Made by a program: the position numbers and the translations under genes. From assembly GCA_036172245.1 (NCBI GenBank), contig JAYWIR010000028.1, positions 1,364,001 to 1,428,000 of the forward strand: DNA of 64,000 nucleotides, in the 5' to 3' direction. Positions 27,918-44,838 of this stretch are shown piece after piece; position 1 is the stretch's first letter; the number at the start of each line of letters is the position of its first letter. A model generated the notes under the pieces. That model searched no databases. It saw nothing but the letters and a program-made list of their open reading frames with translations, and was not told the DNA's origin. The DNA is from Raillietiella orientalis (lineage: Eukaryota).

Positions 27918-27985
27918 GCCTTTTAGCAGTGGATAACATCTGCCCTATCAGTCTAATATCTGATACGTAATCTATCAGGAAGCTA
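27918..27985 (+). pseudogene. Degenerate U2 snRNA fragment (stem-loop IIa region)
   Basis: 27946-27968 TATCAGTCTAATATCTGATACGT matches U2 TATCAGTTTAATATCTGATACGT at 22/23. It is preceded by ATCTG and a weak GCCTTTTAGC. The branch-site-pairing GTAGTA and the Sm site are absent. Confidence 0.65.
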
Positions 27986-29599
27986 TGCCATAGGCAGAAC
28001 ACATCTGTGTATGCTTCACTTCCAACAGTTACATCGAGTTGAACTTAATTCAACTGCAAGAATGGATGCAGAATGACGTCCACTACCCCAAGACAGGCTG
28101 AGAAATCCCCAACACAAGTTCAAGACATTTGCAAGGTCATTTCCAGCTCACAGTCCTCCAACCCCTCTTTTTAACTTCAAAAAAAAAAACTTCGTTACGC
28201 AAAGCTCACGTAGAGAAAACGACGGAATTTCCGCAGCAAAATGTATCTCATTGTTCAAAGAAACATCCAGAGCCCTGGACCTACGGCCAGCATGTTTTGA
28301 TGTTTTTTCGAGGTTTGAAATGCTTTCTGATTTCCATTATAGTCAAGACAGAAATGAAAATAGAAATTTTGGCCATGAAATAGCAGGTTTCCTCTGAATT
28401 TTATAATGTAACTTACGGAGAATGGACCATTTTTTCTTAAATGGAAGATGGCAAGTCTGGGTCTGGCACAATGGACGTTAGGGGAAAGCTTGGATGAGGA
28501 AAGTTATATTTCATTACGTCTCATGACAACTGCCATCATACCTCTGTGCCCTTACATCTTAGAGGCGGCCTTAAGCATTGCTTGGAGAGTTTCTCCTTCT
28601 AGATGGAAACCAAAATTGCGAAGTTCTGAAGCTGAGGAAGAGGGGAGCAAAGTCTCTGGAGCATATTCATTCTGAGAGAAAGAGAAGACTGAAAGCAAAA
28701 ACTTTTGAAAGATATGTTTGCATTGAGCGAAGACGAAAACGAATGTCGATTTTTTGCAGGCAGCCGTAATAGGTTCCTCCACTCTTAGAAAACCGCGAAG
28801 TTTCAGTTGCCATTTATCACTCTCTTAGCTCAAGAAAGGCGAAGGAAACAGTCCCAGAGCGTATGGTTATTGAGAAATTTTCCACTTCAAAGTAGTATTC
28901 ATTAGGGGTTAGCGATTGGCAAAGGAGTCAGCATTAATTTTCGTACGCAGCTGGGGAGTAAATGCTATGGAGAAAGCCTGCTTTAATATAGAAATCTCCA
29001 GAAAGCAAGCGTTATTCTCTTATTCGAGTGTGCTGAGCCGTCTACAAGTTGATGCGCATCAAAGGATTATTCTCTGATTCTCGACATCAGACATGTACCA
29101 ACTGCAACGTTGTGTCAAACATGGAATGCTAGAAGGACTTTCAAAAGAGACCTTAGAAGACAATTCTCCCTCTTCGTGAGAAAGTGAGGAATGTCGTTCG
29201 TTGATTTTATTAATTTTTGAAACACGTGGAAGTTGCTGGTAGATAAGACGGTTTGAAAGATTCCTAAATAGACTAGCTTTAGGATCTTTATTTGTTCTTT
29301 GGCTTGCTCTTCATCTTTTCATTAAATATAAAGAATGCAGTAGTCTGGATTTCTTCTTTCTTTCAGATGTCTCCATTGTTTTCCAGGACAGAGCTGATGC
29401 ACACGATATACTTTCAGAGGCCAAAACTGTGATGCACATAGCAGAAGTATGGTCTCTGTTATCTCTGAAATGTTGTTCGGGCTCCTATGTTTGCTGCAAT
29501 AGGTTCCAAAAGGACAATTAGGAACTTGAGATCTTGTCTCAGTAAGCAAGCCTTAAGGACCATGTATTGGTCAATCAGAAGATATCGAATGGCAGGGAA

Positions 29600-30350
29600 T
29601 GCACATTAGATGATGAGGAAGCAGACTATTGATAAGCTAGGGATGGGTAGGGATGCATTGTTTGCTGACGATTCAGAGGTCTCGATTCCCAAGAGTAACG
29701 GTAGAGCAGCATACAGATACCCGATCCAGAAGACTAGCTTCATCCTCATGACATTTAGACTGTTTCTTGCATTTCATCTGAATCATTTATGTGAATCTGG
29801 AAAAAAACTTGTATTATCTATGTGAGCCATTGTAAAGTGTCTTCGCGGCTAATGAACTACAACGTTTGTAAGGGGGCAGATGATAATCAGATGATAAAGA
29901 AAAGGAGACCCACATTTCTGGAGTGTGCGCATTCTGCCTAATGGGAGCACATTGGTTAGGAGATACAAATATAATAGGCATATGGTAAGATTCTAGCAAG
30001 TGGGGACAGATGAGAAACTCACCAGGTTTGAGAAATCGTACACTCGTACTTGACACAGGAAGTGAAAATAAAAACTAAGCAGCAGACAACCAGGATGGAA
30101 TTGTCGTAGAGGAAAACAGGTGCATTCGTAAAGATCACAGTTGAATTAAGAGGTGTTGGAATCAAGTGGCACAAGTAACATTACTTCGAAGTTTAGAGCT
30201 TTCTCTGGGATCACAAACAGAAGTGAACAAATTTCAAAATGTCCAACGCACGCTTAGTTAGAAGACTCTGGGGTATTCTGATTTGTGTAGGAGAATGTGC
30301 TGCAAATATAAGGTAATGTCCCTAACTAGGACGCAAGCTCTGTTCCACAG
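29600..30350 (+). mobile_element. Highly decayed non-LTR (LINE-like) reverse-transcriptase remnant
   Basis: ALFADDS motif in ORF 29610-29825 resembles the RT catalytic [YF]ADD. A frameshifted FLG-like segment follows near 29915. There are many stops. Confidence 0.35.
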
Positions 30351-33300
30351 TGCAATGGGAGATGTTGAAGTAAATTCGAGATGGCCTCCCATCTTCAAAT
30401 TGAAAAATGGCACCGCAATTGGATTGGGTAATGATTAGTAAACATTTACATCTCACAAATCCATACTTCTCTGGTCAGCAGTATAAACCTTTCGTAGCAG
30501 CCCAGACACTTTCCTTCGTTTATATGTAGGCACGCATTGTACCATACGTTGTTTTCCTCTTCCATGACGGTCATTTGTAATCCATTTCCTCCACGTTCCT
30601 TTCCCAGACTCGTCTACTACTCTCCCCTGTCTTCTGGCTCGGTTACCCCCTTCCCTTTTCTATCCCTCTTGTCATTCTGATTCCACATGCCTAGAGTTCC
30701 TCGGAAGCTATCTAAAGCCTTTTAATCCGCCTTATGTCTTCTGCTGAAAACTACCTTGTGAATTACAACAAACTGTATAGAAATAGCGATCTTCAGCTTT
30801 TGTTTGGTTCTCATACTTTTCGAAGGATTTTCTGCTTTAATCATTAATAGAAGACTTGAAACAGGATCAGTACTGTCAATTGCGATATTTGTTTACAATA
30901 ACCTATTTATTTCTCTCTTATTTTATTTCCTTTCTGCTATGCCATGCAGAATCAGGGTGAAAGAAACAATCGCTTGAAAGGGAAAAAGAGGAAAATAAAC
31001 GCCATTCCTCTGGTAAGGCGTGCGCCGTAGCGTGGAACAAGACGGCCCTCAAAGTGTGTGTGTTGATGCCCAAGTACGAAAAATCTGGCAGTATTATGCT
31101 TTCTCAGATGTTTCCTTTGAGTTTTAAGAGCATGTAATTCATTCTTTCGTTAATTCTTTCGAGCAAATAATTATGAAACTTGCATGCAGATGACAATGGA
31201 CCACTTACCCAATGGAAGCACAGGATGAACAACTGATCTGCATTTTTGCTCCTGAAAAGCCAAAATTCGAAACCTGAGGAAAAGCAGACCTCTGAAACTT
31301 GGTATTACCTGACACTGATTTCTCAAGATCCATTGAGTCACTACACTACCACAGGACATTATGAAACTTCTCATGGCCTACTGTCAACAGTGCTAAAATT
31401 AGTAAATTTCGTGGAGTATAGAAATAGTTTGATTAGAACTAAAAACAAGCTTTGGGGAATCAGTTTCTCGAGACACCTTTAAAAGAGTATTCTAGAGAAT
31501 GCAAGATTAATGTGCTGGCCTTTGCCCACGTCAAAGGTTCATTGCAGAGTATGTTCAGTAAGTCGATGGGAAAGCAAATTTGGAGGATTTGATTGAAAAT
31601 TTGGAAAAACTTCAATACTTTTCGTATACGGCTTTGATTTTTGAAACAAGTACCGGAAATTCTTATACAGCAAGAGGAGTCGGAAAATTCGAGATAGCAA
31701 AAACTACCGGGAACACTTGGATATTATTTGAAATTTGTAATTACCAGCCTCGAGCACCTTCAACCGAAAATTTAATGCAATAGATGGTACACTTTATTTG
31801 TGATCCTTGCAATCGGCTGCAGAACGCAATCATTCAATTCAGGTTGAGGGTCAGGGAAAATTGTAGGTGACGTTTGGCCAATGAAAAACAATTCCTTGTT
31901 TTGTTCCCATCCATTGGAAGCAACGGTAAGTTCAGCCGAGCAATTTAGTTTCTATTTTTCGTTCTTATTCGGAGGACAGTTCCACAATTGTCTCCATACA
32001 CCGGAAAGAGCAGGTCGTCGTCTTGGACCACTCTTTTCAAGCGAGAGATGAGAATCTTCCTCGACTCGAAAGGCCCATGATGGGATCCAGGGTTACCTAA
32101 TTCACCTGAAGTAGATCAAGTGAAAACTTGCTCGGTTTTGCATACCGGGCATCATATTTGAAAAAGCGAAAGGTGGAATCACGGCAGTGTATATAATGAA
32201 TTCACGTAGAAAAATAAAGCGGAGTTTTCGGCAACACGCTGCGGACGTGTTTGTACCTAGGCATTTGGAAATTCCTTTTGGTGATGAGAGAAAACGGGAC
32301 TTTATAAGGAAATGGGACTCTGTGATGCATGGAACAGCGTTGGCTGTTCTGTGACTGCAAAAATCAGATCTCGTCCTCAATAGATTACGTTTCATTGTCT
32401 ATTTGCAAATGGAACCTAACAAAGGCAAAGCAAAAGATTTCCATTCCGTTCAGAAAGTTTGCTTTCCCAAACACAAAATTCATAGGCATCCTCTGGATCT
32501 TTTTTTGGAGTAACTGAAATAAAACGAACTCGCTTGTTATTTTACTTTTTTTTTGTTTTTTCCTTTCTTCATCTTTGTCATTGTGACGAATCAAACAGAA
32601 GCATTTAATATTTATTGATATGAATGCAAGCAGGTTACTTATCTTCATTAGCCAAATCCCAGGATATGCCCACCCAAGTTGAAAAGTTGTTCGAATTCGG
32701 AACGATGCAAACAGTACTTCTTAAACAAATGTACAAAGCATTAGAAGGGTAGGTGATATGAGCTTTGCACATGCTTGGTTACGAGAATGAAAAAAACTGC
32801 AGGATTTGGAATTGCTTTTGAGAACAGTACGTTCGACAATATTGTGTCCTCTAACCAAACCAAATGTCTAAAGCTCACTGGGATCTTATATCAAACATTT
32901 AAAACAAGCGGAGACATGAGAAAGCTATACAAAAAAATAAGCATGAAAGTGTATTTGATATCCTGATTATCATCGTCGGAGTGATTGTTTCTTTATTTTC
33001 TTATTTTCAGGAAGCCGACACTCTAATTCACCATGGAATTTTCCGTGCGTGGAGCACAGCAATGGACTAGTTGTTTTGAAACACACACTCTCCAAATATG
33101 TAATGTACGCAGGATTTGTTTAGAGTGAATGGTTCTTAATCGATAACCTCTGAGTCTTAACTTTTGACCTCGAGAGCAATACTTGAAATGTGATTGAAAT
33201 GAACCAAAAAAAACAAAAGCAAAGAAAACGTTTTCATCGTTCTAAACTGTCGTTTATTAAGAGCGAATACCAAACTTTTCGCGAAACTTCAACGTTAATA

Positions 33301-36203
33301 TGGTTAAAATGTCTTATGCCTTATATTTTATCCTAATATCTATGTATCAGTATATTGTTCAAATGTGGTAGCAATCAAGTGCTTTTCAATATAATAATTG
33401 AGTTTGTATGAACATTTTAATCGAAAATTGATGAGCCTAGCAGAGCAAAAAATGTATTTTCATGCACTTTTTTCCCCATCAGTGCAAGAATAAGGTCCTT
33501 GAACGGTCAACTGGCAGCAGATGCAGAGCACATACATCCTTCAATCGAGAAAGTGTCATGTCACTTACAAAAATTAATATAATCCAATTCTGAATTTGTG
33601 AAAAATGCGTGATAGTGTAGTAAATGGTCACCCAGATTTCCCTTTACCGGATGTATGCAAGGCAACGATACTGCCCCACTTGGGAAGCAGCAATAGTCCT
33701 GTGGTACGAACCGATCGCCCCACCCCATTCGTTACTTTCGACCAGATCATTTTGGTTAGGAAATAATTGAGTGTACAATTCATCAAGCCGATGTTTTGAA
33801 CAACCCGACGCTTTGGGGAGCACGTTTTCAATAATCCGTTCATCTGTTGAATAAGCGGTTTCGTGTTTTGAAAATAATAGTAATCATCTTTCAGAGAAAA
33901 GTAAAAGCATTTGTTTTATTTTATTTTTTTGGAGACCAAAGCAATCGAATGGCGAGTCGTTTGTCGTTAAGGACATTTTTTTCTCTTTACACACAATTGG
34001 TACTGATAAGGATTACAATGGATAAATGGCAAAACGAAATAAATGCAAGGCGGAAATTTTGGAAAAAAATTTTTTTTTCAATGGAATCTGAAATGTCAGA
34101 GTTTCATACAAAAACGTAGCTTCAGGAGAATTATAAAGTTCTAAGACAAATAAGAACGAGCAGGAAAACACACGCAACACGGAGATGGAAAAGGCTCCAG
34201 GAAAAAGCGAAGGAATAAGGTAGTAGTAATAGGAATTATTCTCAAGATGGCAAACAGTAATCGTGACGTAACTGATCCAGACTCCGGCTTCGCAGTCTCC
34301 TAAGAATGCAGATCGATGACGCATTGTTGTGTTTGAGGGTGAGACGCGTGCTGCGTCGCTCGCAGGAGTACGTTGCCAGAGAGACGTTTCACGCGCGCCA
34401 CCAGCCGAAAGCCCAATTCGCCACGTGACAACCGCATCAAGTTGGATGCAAGCACTAGCCGCAGCCCGGCTCGTGTCATCTCTGCGTAGGGACCACCCCA
34501 ATCTTCGCTGTACGATTTCAATTTTAGTATACGTACAGCGTACGAAGCGTGTACCAGAGTAGCCCAGCTTGAGAGTAACAGCGAACTGTAAGCATGCAAA
34601 AGTACTTGCGAAAGCGTTTGCAGTCAGGTTATCCGTGATATTGCATCGCCAAGAAGCATGGGTATTAATTCATCGAGGCTTGTTTGCACCGATGCCTATA
34701 CTTGCTCAAGTGTTGTTGTTTTTTTGTCGTTTGAGATTTATCGTTTTTCGTCCTGATTTACGATTCGTGGCCGGATGTGAAGAGTGAATTTTCAATGTGG
34801 GTACGAAATCGCACAGTAACCAACCTCGTGTCTTGCGGAAATATTTCAGAAATTTATCGATTAATGCGGCGCTTTTTTTGAAGCTCAAATATTGATGGCT
34901 TTTAGAAGTCATATGCAACTAATTAGGGGTAACTTATTCGACCAGGCAACACTCTTTCCTCTTTTTGCAAGACGAATGAGGTGAAATTGGGGCGGTATAA
35001 CTAAGATTTCATTACGCTCAACTCGAATTTTTGTTTTCAAGTACCACTGATTCAGGATAAAGTCTTTTTGTTCTTGTAACAAGAGAATCGATTGAACTTC
35101 CCATAAAATTACATTCAATACATGCCAAGCTTTACGTGTTTAGGGTACCATACAGGATGTATGGTTTATAACTGCTCTTCAGAACATTTCCAAGAGAGAA
35201 AAAGGGGGGGATAAAACATCTGGCACAAAACACTTGGTTTTACTTTTCATTTCTACCAGTACACAAAATTAAGTCCCCCAAATCGAGCTAGATAAAAGCA
35301 TGAGGAAATTGTTTACAGTACAGGAAAACTGTTAACTGTAACATATTTCAAATTGGCAAACTGAATTATTTCTTCTTATGATAACTTATGTTTACATGAC
35401 AAAATCTGTGCCCTAGAACAACTTAACACGAGCACTTTTTTTTGTGACTAAGATCCTTTTGTAACAAATCTGTTAGGCTAGTATGATGACTTCACTAGAA
35501 CAAAGATGTTACAAAATTGTTTTATGGCAACAAAGGTGAATTAATTAATGCATGCTTCTCAACTCAAATAGCCTCTAATGCAATAGCTAAGTATGCCAAC
35601 AATGTAGAGCTGTGCAATGATGAAATACTTTTCATTTACAAGACTGACTAATAATTAATAACTGCACATGCAGTTAAAACAATGTAAAGGAGGCAAAAAA
35701 AAAAAAAAACATGCAGATTTCTAAGAGCATTGGTAATTTACCAAATAGCATGTTAACAATTTGCTTAAGATTGCATTTTTGCAGCCAAACCAGGAGCATC
35801 TATTTCATGAGAAAACCCAAATGCTGATTAGGTACCCAAATTTCCACTTACTACAGTTAACCACCCAGAATGAGAGCACTTTGAAAAAAATACTAATTCT
35901 AGTCTTATTAATCAAAATTCCAAGAAATCACTATGGGTCATTTGATATTTGCAAATTGGGCTTAATTTAATTGTCAGATGCAATAATGGCAATGTAATTT
36001 ACAGTGTAAAACTCTTTAAATGCCCAAATATCCCATCCGTACTGGACAATGGGAAATTTGTTTTGGAACTCCGATAAAGCAATGTTGTTAGGAGTACATG
36101 TAAAAATGTAAAAACTAATTGGCTGCAGGCCCAGTTGGGATAGCTCACACAGTAGTCAAGTAGTTAAGGCACAAAAAGCAGTGAGTCAGGAATGCAACCA
36201 TTG

Positions 36204-38692
<2,489 letters not shown>

Positions 38693-41096
38693 TCAAACTA
38701 AAAATTCCATGGTGTGATGACACAACACAGTAATGGGTGGAAAATGTTTTTCAAAATTCATACAGCCTACAAAGTAGACATGTGACAACAACATGAATTG
38801 TAGGTTGATAGCTGCTCAATCTGTTTAATGATAATTAACTAACAAATGAATGCACGACCAAAAAATAAAATCGCATCTAGATACCAATCCCAGAAAGACT
38901 TGTGCAGATTACAAACCAAGTACACTGATGTAAACCTAAGACTATATAAGAACTTAAAACATACAGCTTATTCAAAAGGGTATTATGATCTTAACCAAAC
39001 AAACACACCTATTAGAAGTTGAACATTTTGAATACCACGACTTGAATGCATCTCTTTGATAACCATGATAGGTATCTTTTTATATGGGAATTGAAAAAAT
39101 TGCATTTTAGCTAAATAATGCTTGAATATGCAACATGCCAGTTTTGTGTTTGAGCAAGTATCTAATAAATCTACTTTAGAAGACAAGCACCAAAAGCAAA
39201 TAAGGAGATGCCTTTCTCATCTACACTTAAAGCACATATAGCCTTTAAGTCAAATGTAATAAATTGCTCTCAAGGAAGACAGAAATATCAGTTCCTAAAC
39301 TATGTGGATTTTCTTCTGTTTGCGTTTAGAAAGCAAAAAATCGAAATCAGCGCTAATAATCGGTAAAACACATGTAATACATAGACATGCACGTCCTAAT
39401 TACATTAATCATCGATCATTAAATGTATCTTTCCAGTGAAACGTTGAAAACAATTCACTTATCAAATCATCCTACAGACTCCAAATTAAACTTGCCGGTA
39501 TTTCACCTCTTGCCATAAAAAAATTGTCAAAATCTTTTTTTCTTCTCGTCATGAAATCCAGCACAAAAGAGGGGGCTAGGAAATTCTTATAATACCTATT
39601 TAGATATTTTCAAATTGCCTTTAAAGCATGAAAATGTATTAATGTGATTTCTTCGTTAGGATTACCAATTCAATTGAAAACTAAGAAAAATAGCCAATAA
39701 AGATATTTGATCACTCACCAGACAACTTTAATCTACTGAATGTTTGTTATGCCGCATTTACAGATACCGTTTTGTGAAAATTCACGAGGAAACGATGAAA
39801 CAGGAGTTTCTTGCAATTAATTGTTCCTGAAATCGCAGCAATACATGAAATTATAATTCCTGAAACAACAAATTCGGTACTAGTATCAATTCATTTTTAT
39901 GGCACATCAACACGAAAAATCCAAAACTAATGACAAGTATTTTTTTTTTTTTTCAAAACAACAAAAAACAAAAAATCACTATGGAATTGCAACCCACTGC
40001 TCAACAAATTCCAATTCCAACGTCCCTGCCATTTCATTAATCCCCTTCAAATCGAAACATGCAAGTTCCTAACAGGGTAAGGTGTGTTTTTACATTGACA
40101 AGTGAAAGAAACGCTTCCTTTCCCATTTGCAAGCTGCGAGAGAACTACAAAAATAGAACTCTGACGTTTTTTCTGTGTCTTTCATTAACTTCGCAAAGGC
40201 ATTTTAACTCACTTGACATGTCTAAAAATATTTTCCTTTGATTACGTGAAAGTATCTTGCTCATCCACAAAACAATTCCCCGACTACTTCTGCACGAAAC
40301 TTTTTAAAACCCGCCAAACCGAATCCGTAACATTGACACACCTTCGCAACTGCATATCTCCGTAACAACCGCAGATAACCATGCCAAGAGGACCGTTTCG
40401 ATTCCTGTTCTAAAAGGAACCTGGCTTTGTACGCAAATACTTTTCGTTTCTAATTCGAAACGGCAAAATGTGTGTCATGCTTTTTTCCATTCTGGCCACT
40501 TTCTGCGTGGAGCGCTCCCCGGACGACGGAAACGTTCGCGACCGGGCAGGCACCGAGACGGAGGGAAAACGCCTCCGCCCCATCCCCCCGGGCCGAGTGC
40601 TCCCGGCCAAAGCTTCGATCAATCAGCTGCCCATTGTTGCGCTCACTCCCCCCCCCCTCCCCCGACGGCCGGCCGGAGGTGCGTTCGAATCACACGCAAA
40701 TTCGGACCATCCCTCAAATGGGAAGAAATGGAAACTGCTAAATGAACTTCGACTTGACGTCCCCCCCCCCCCCCCCCCAGAAAAAAAAAAGAAAAGAAAA
40801 GAAAAAGAAAAAAACCCTTCACTTGAGGTTCAGCGGGGAACTGAAAATTGGGTACTGAAAACGTCGTGGAAATCTCTCATGATAGCAGCAGCTTGGATAT
40901 TACAACTCACTTCCACATACAATAACGTTTCCATGACTACACGATGTTTTGATACAAATATTTCAACGTATCGAATAAGCTGTTCTCGAAATATCCACTC
41001 GAAATGTATTTTCGATGTGTTTATGATGAACGTGAACTGAGCTTGTAACCGAAAGTTCAGCGAATGGATTTGTGGCGAGTCAATTGACAAATACAG

Positions 41097-41130
<34 letters not shown>

Positions 41131-44100
41131 GAATAATACTGCATGCACGAAAATGGGACACGATCCATTTCGTGTTTTGCGTACATACACGCTGAGCTCG
41201 CTCCCTTTAATTGAGAAGACTTGACAGTGTTCAAACGGACGCAGTCGGAACAAAATGGAAGCCGATCGGTTTTATGGAACACTGCTATTCCGACTTGGTA
41301 CACACTCACGAACATTTCAAGTAGATCAGGAAAAGGTTGCGGAACAGCGGTTGGATGTGCTTTATTAACAGTGCTTTTACGTAACTTTTGCTTAGAATCG
41401 AATATTCCCGATAGAATGAATGCCTTCATCCAAGATTGCCCGATGCTGGAGAAAATTCCGTTGAAGTTCTGGAGGCGCCTCAAGCACGAACGAAGCTTCA
41501 GTTGAAGTGTCCACTTAAGAAGCGAAAACTCTGCAACACTCGCCGTTCAATTGTACAAACCATGAGTCAGATATGAAATATGGGGGTGGCCCCTATGCCC
41601 GGGTTCCTCAAATCCTGAAATGCACTGAACCCGAGAGGGTACATCCAATGTATTCACTGGGCGGCTCTCAACACTGAGAAAGCTTCCCGATGGTCCCGGC
41701 TCAGGACGTTACGTCCGGCACTTGTCCGCATCCTGAACAGGGTGCAGAGGACCACTCGGGGCGAACGGTGATCCCTTCCCCAAAAACACTTCCCTCCCCT
41801 TGGTTTTCACTTGATTTTTCTGTTTCGGTTTGTCGTTTTCCCTGCCCCGTAGCATCCGGACAGGATCTCTGCGGCCTGCGAACTGGCGTCGGCGAGTGTG
41901 TGTCCAGTTGGGCAGAACCACGTGTTCTGCCTAAACAGATTTACCAGACTCTATTGTGAAATTTTTATTATGTAGAAATTTTAATAATAAATGTCCCGGC
42001 ATATCCGGGTGATAGACATCCAATGTATCATTTCAAATAATTATCAATATCAAATTAATTTTTACCTTAATAAGTAAAATTACCCCCTTGCCTAGATACA
42101 CCTTCCGGTACATCTACTATGTTACGACTGATCTAATATTATATCAGAGCGACGGGCGATTTGTATTCAATGATTATAATATTCAATTTACCTTTCTCAG
42201 ATAAATTTACAATTAAATCCTATTTCAATGCAAAATTACATGTATATATCCAAATTTAATATATTGTAGTTCACAAATTTTTCCTTTTTATGCTGCATCT
42301 TGATTAAAACTTTTAATTACTATTTATTAAGAAATTAAGGCGGTTATAGATTCGTGTCGAGAATTGTAATCAGTCGGATTTCTGTGCGTTTTGTTCAGTT
42401 CAGGAGCTTCTTTTACCCAGGGTGTGTTTTTCCCGCAGCCAGATATACCCAAAATCTACTGATGATAACGTTTTTCTTAATTGTTTACAAATATCCATTT
42501 GTGTGAGATTCGTGCAAAGGCAAGGTCGATGGCAATGTAAATGAAGAAAATCAAATCTGTATTATTCGATTCATTTCCTCAATAAAACCACTAAACAGTT
42601 CTCAAACTGCATTCAAGAAATGACTGGTCTGTCTTTTTAATTCTTTGCATGACTTGCGTAATCTTATATGGATTTTTATTTTTAAAAATTCCATACATCA
42701 CTCATATGATAAATCAAGGGCTGTTAAACCCATATCAAAAGGTTGGGTATAATTTTTGCTCGATATGAAACCTTGCGATGACATCTTCATAGGTGTTATT
42801 CAAACAAAACATACGAGTTTAAGGGGGTTGAAGGCGAAAGTTTTCAATTCATCAAATTAAATTCATACCATGTGCCTAACTCTGGGATAAGGTAGCTGAG
42901 AGATCTTCATTTTCGCTCTTTAATACAATCCTTCCAGTATATGCAAAATATTCAAGTTCAAGTATTCGTAGTCCGAAATTACCAATTCAGTTTCATCGAA
43001 ACATTTCCAATTGATCTTTCGTAAGCTATTATAAGAACTTTAAACTTCATAAAAGAAAATATTCCCATATTATTACGGGAATATTTTTTTGCTGTACCTT
43101 TTTTTTTTGGCTTTGTCTCGGATACTGAAATTAACACTATTTCTTTGCTGCTCGAATGCATTCCTCAGTGTTCCTCAAACGACTTACTCAAATGCCTCTT
43201 ATTTGATTAGTCCTTATTTGTTTCATACCTACAGGTACAATCTCTTCAGCTATTTGTCATTAATTGTAGATTCATTGACAGTTTGAGTCATAAGTGCTTT
43301 GCAAAATGCTTCCAGTTCGATTATCAGAATGTCCACTAGAACTTCAAAAGGTCAGCAGGTCACAAACCGAGACCAAGTAGAAAAAGAGAACCATTACGAA
43401 ACAATTACAATATCTTGAGTTGACATTCATGGAAACAGAATTGGAATTCACGGAAAAATATGCCTCAATAGTAAGCTTCAACTTTTTGTTCCTCTAGACA
43501 AAAATGGCAAATGTGCTTCCATATAATGTCGGTCTTTCTAATTTTCAACATATTACAGTATAAGCTTAATAAATTCCTAAAAGAAAATTTCCGACAAAAG
43601 CCTTCAAAGAAATACGTGTACACCTGGGGCACGGAGTCAGCAGTAGTGGAGCACTGACGTATTAATCAACGTGTTAATTAACAAGGCAGTCTAATGAAGA
43701 TCCCGATTCCTTATAGTTTGTTTTCAGCTTAGAGTGAATCAAAATCAGTCATCGCTGATCTTTATTATTTGATGGAAGAAGAAGCTATTCTTTTCTTACC
43801 ATTCGGTTTTTCACGAGCACGAAATCTAGATTTAGTCCAATGGATTTGATAAAACCAAGCAACATCAAAACCTTTTCTGAGGGGATCTTCTGAAAAAGTT
43901 CACCTAGAACGATGAGAAGTCGGAGATTTTGCATGCAAACCACGAAGGGTTATTGCTGAAGGAGGGACTTTTGATGGAGTACGTTTTGAGTGCCATTGCT
44001 TTAGAAGTTCCAGTGTTCTCTTCTAGTTACCAATGGTTTTGATCACAAGGAAAGATACACTGAGAAAACAAATATGTTGAGACAAACACGCTCAAGCGAC

Positions 44101-44507
44101 ATGGATCTTCCTTTTGGTTCATTCGTATAGAACTTTGTGTTGAAAACAAATGCACTTACCACTATGAAGTGCGCGAATGCCATTTGAAATGTGCCTTCCT
44201 GGTGTCCTCATACCGCGGAGAATGCTGGATTATTCCAAGCTGCTTCTGAGCAAAAAATTCTAGGCGTTCGCCATCAAAGGAATCCTTCTATGAGAGATCA
44301 TCATCATGGCATCTTTCGGGCCCAGCATACCTCCAGATTCACACCTCACGATGTTTGATGAAAATGTAACATATTTTGTCACTTCAGTTTATCAGTCAGA
44401 GTAATGGTGGTTAATAATTCCAAGTATGACACAACGGTTCCCTAAAAAAAAAAAGAAAGAAAAGAAACTTGGTTAGTTGTTTGCAAATGGATTGCGTTTC
44501 GCTGGAG

Positions 44508-44838
44508 TCGGTACCTCGGTACTCGTCGGTAATTCGTTTCGGAACTCGGGACGAGAGTCCAAACCGACGAGTACCGAACGAAACCTTCACGATTCACGAT
44601 TAACGCTTAGAAAGCACAGAAAACCCCCAAAAAGGATTGATTCGGGAGGCATATCTGTAAAAGTGTTCGGCACTGTTCGTGGGCTACCATGAGACGGAAT
44701 CACTCACTCGTTTCATCATGAGTGGAGTGTCGAGTTCCGAGCATGCGGCGCCGAGTACCGAGACATTCCTTTTCCTCGTCAAAATGCGACGAGTGCTGAG
44801 TTTTACGAGTTCTGACACGGTCGAGTACCGGGGGACCA
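44508..44838. mobile_element. MITE / DNA-transposon-like remnant with oriented 10-bp repeats
   Basis: TCGGWACTCG at 44516 and 44539. Its reverse complement CGAGTWCYGR-like occurs at 44568, 44731, 44752, 44806 and 44822. There is a perfect 15-bp inverted repeat at 44516-44530 / 44563-44577. Confidence 0.5.

Noticed and set aside
40468..41505. 190-217 aa ORFs upstream of coronin
   Set aside because: They run through poly-C, poly-A and (TA)n tracts with no homology; more likely promoter or intron sequence.
43625..43710. tRNA/SINE-like stretch
   Set aside because: No cloverleaf and no proper B-box (GTTCRA).
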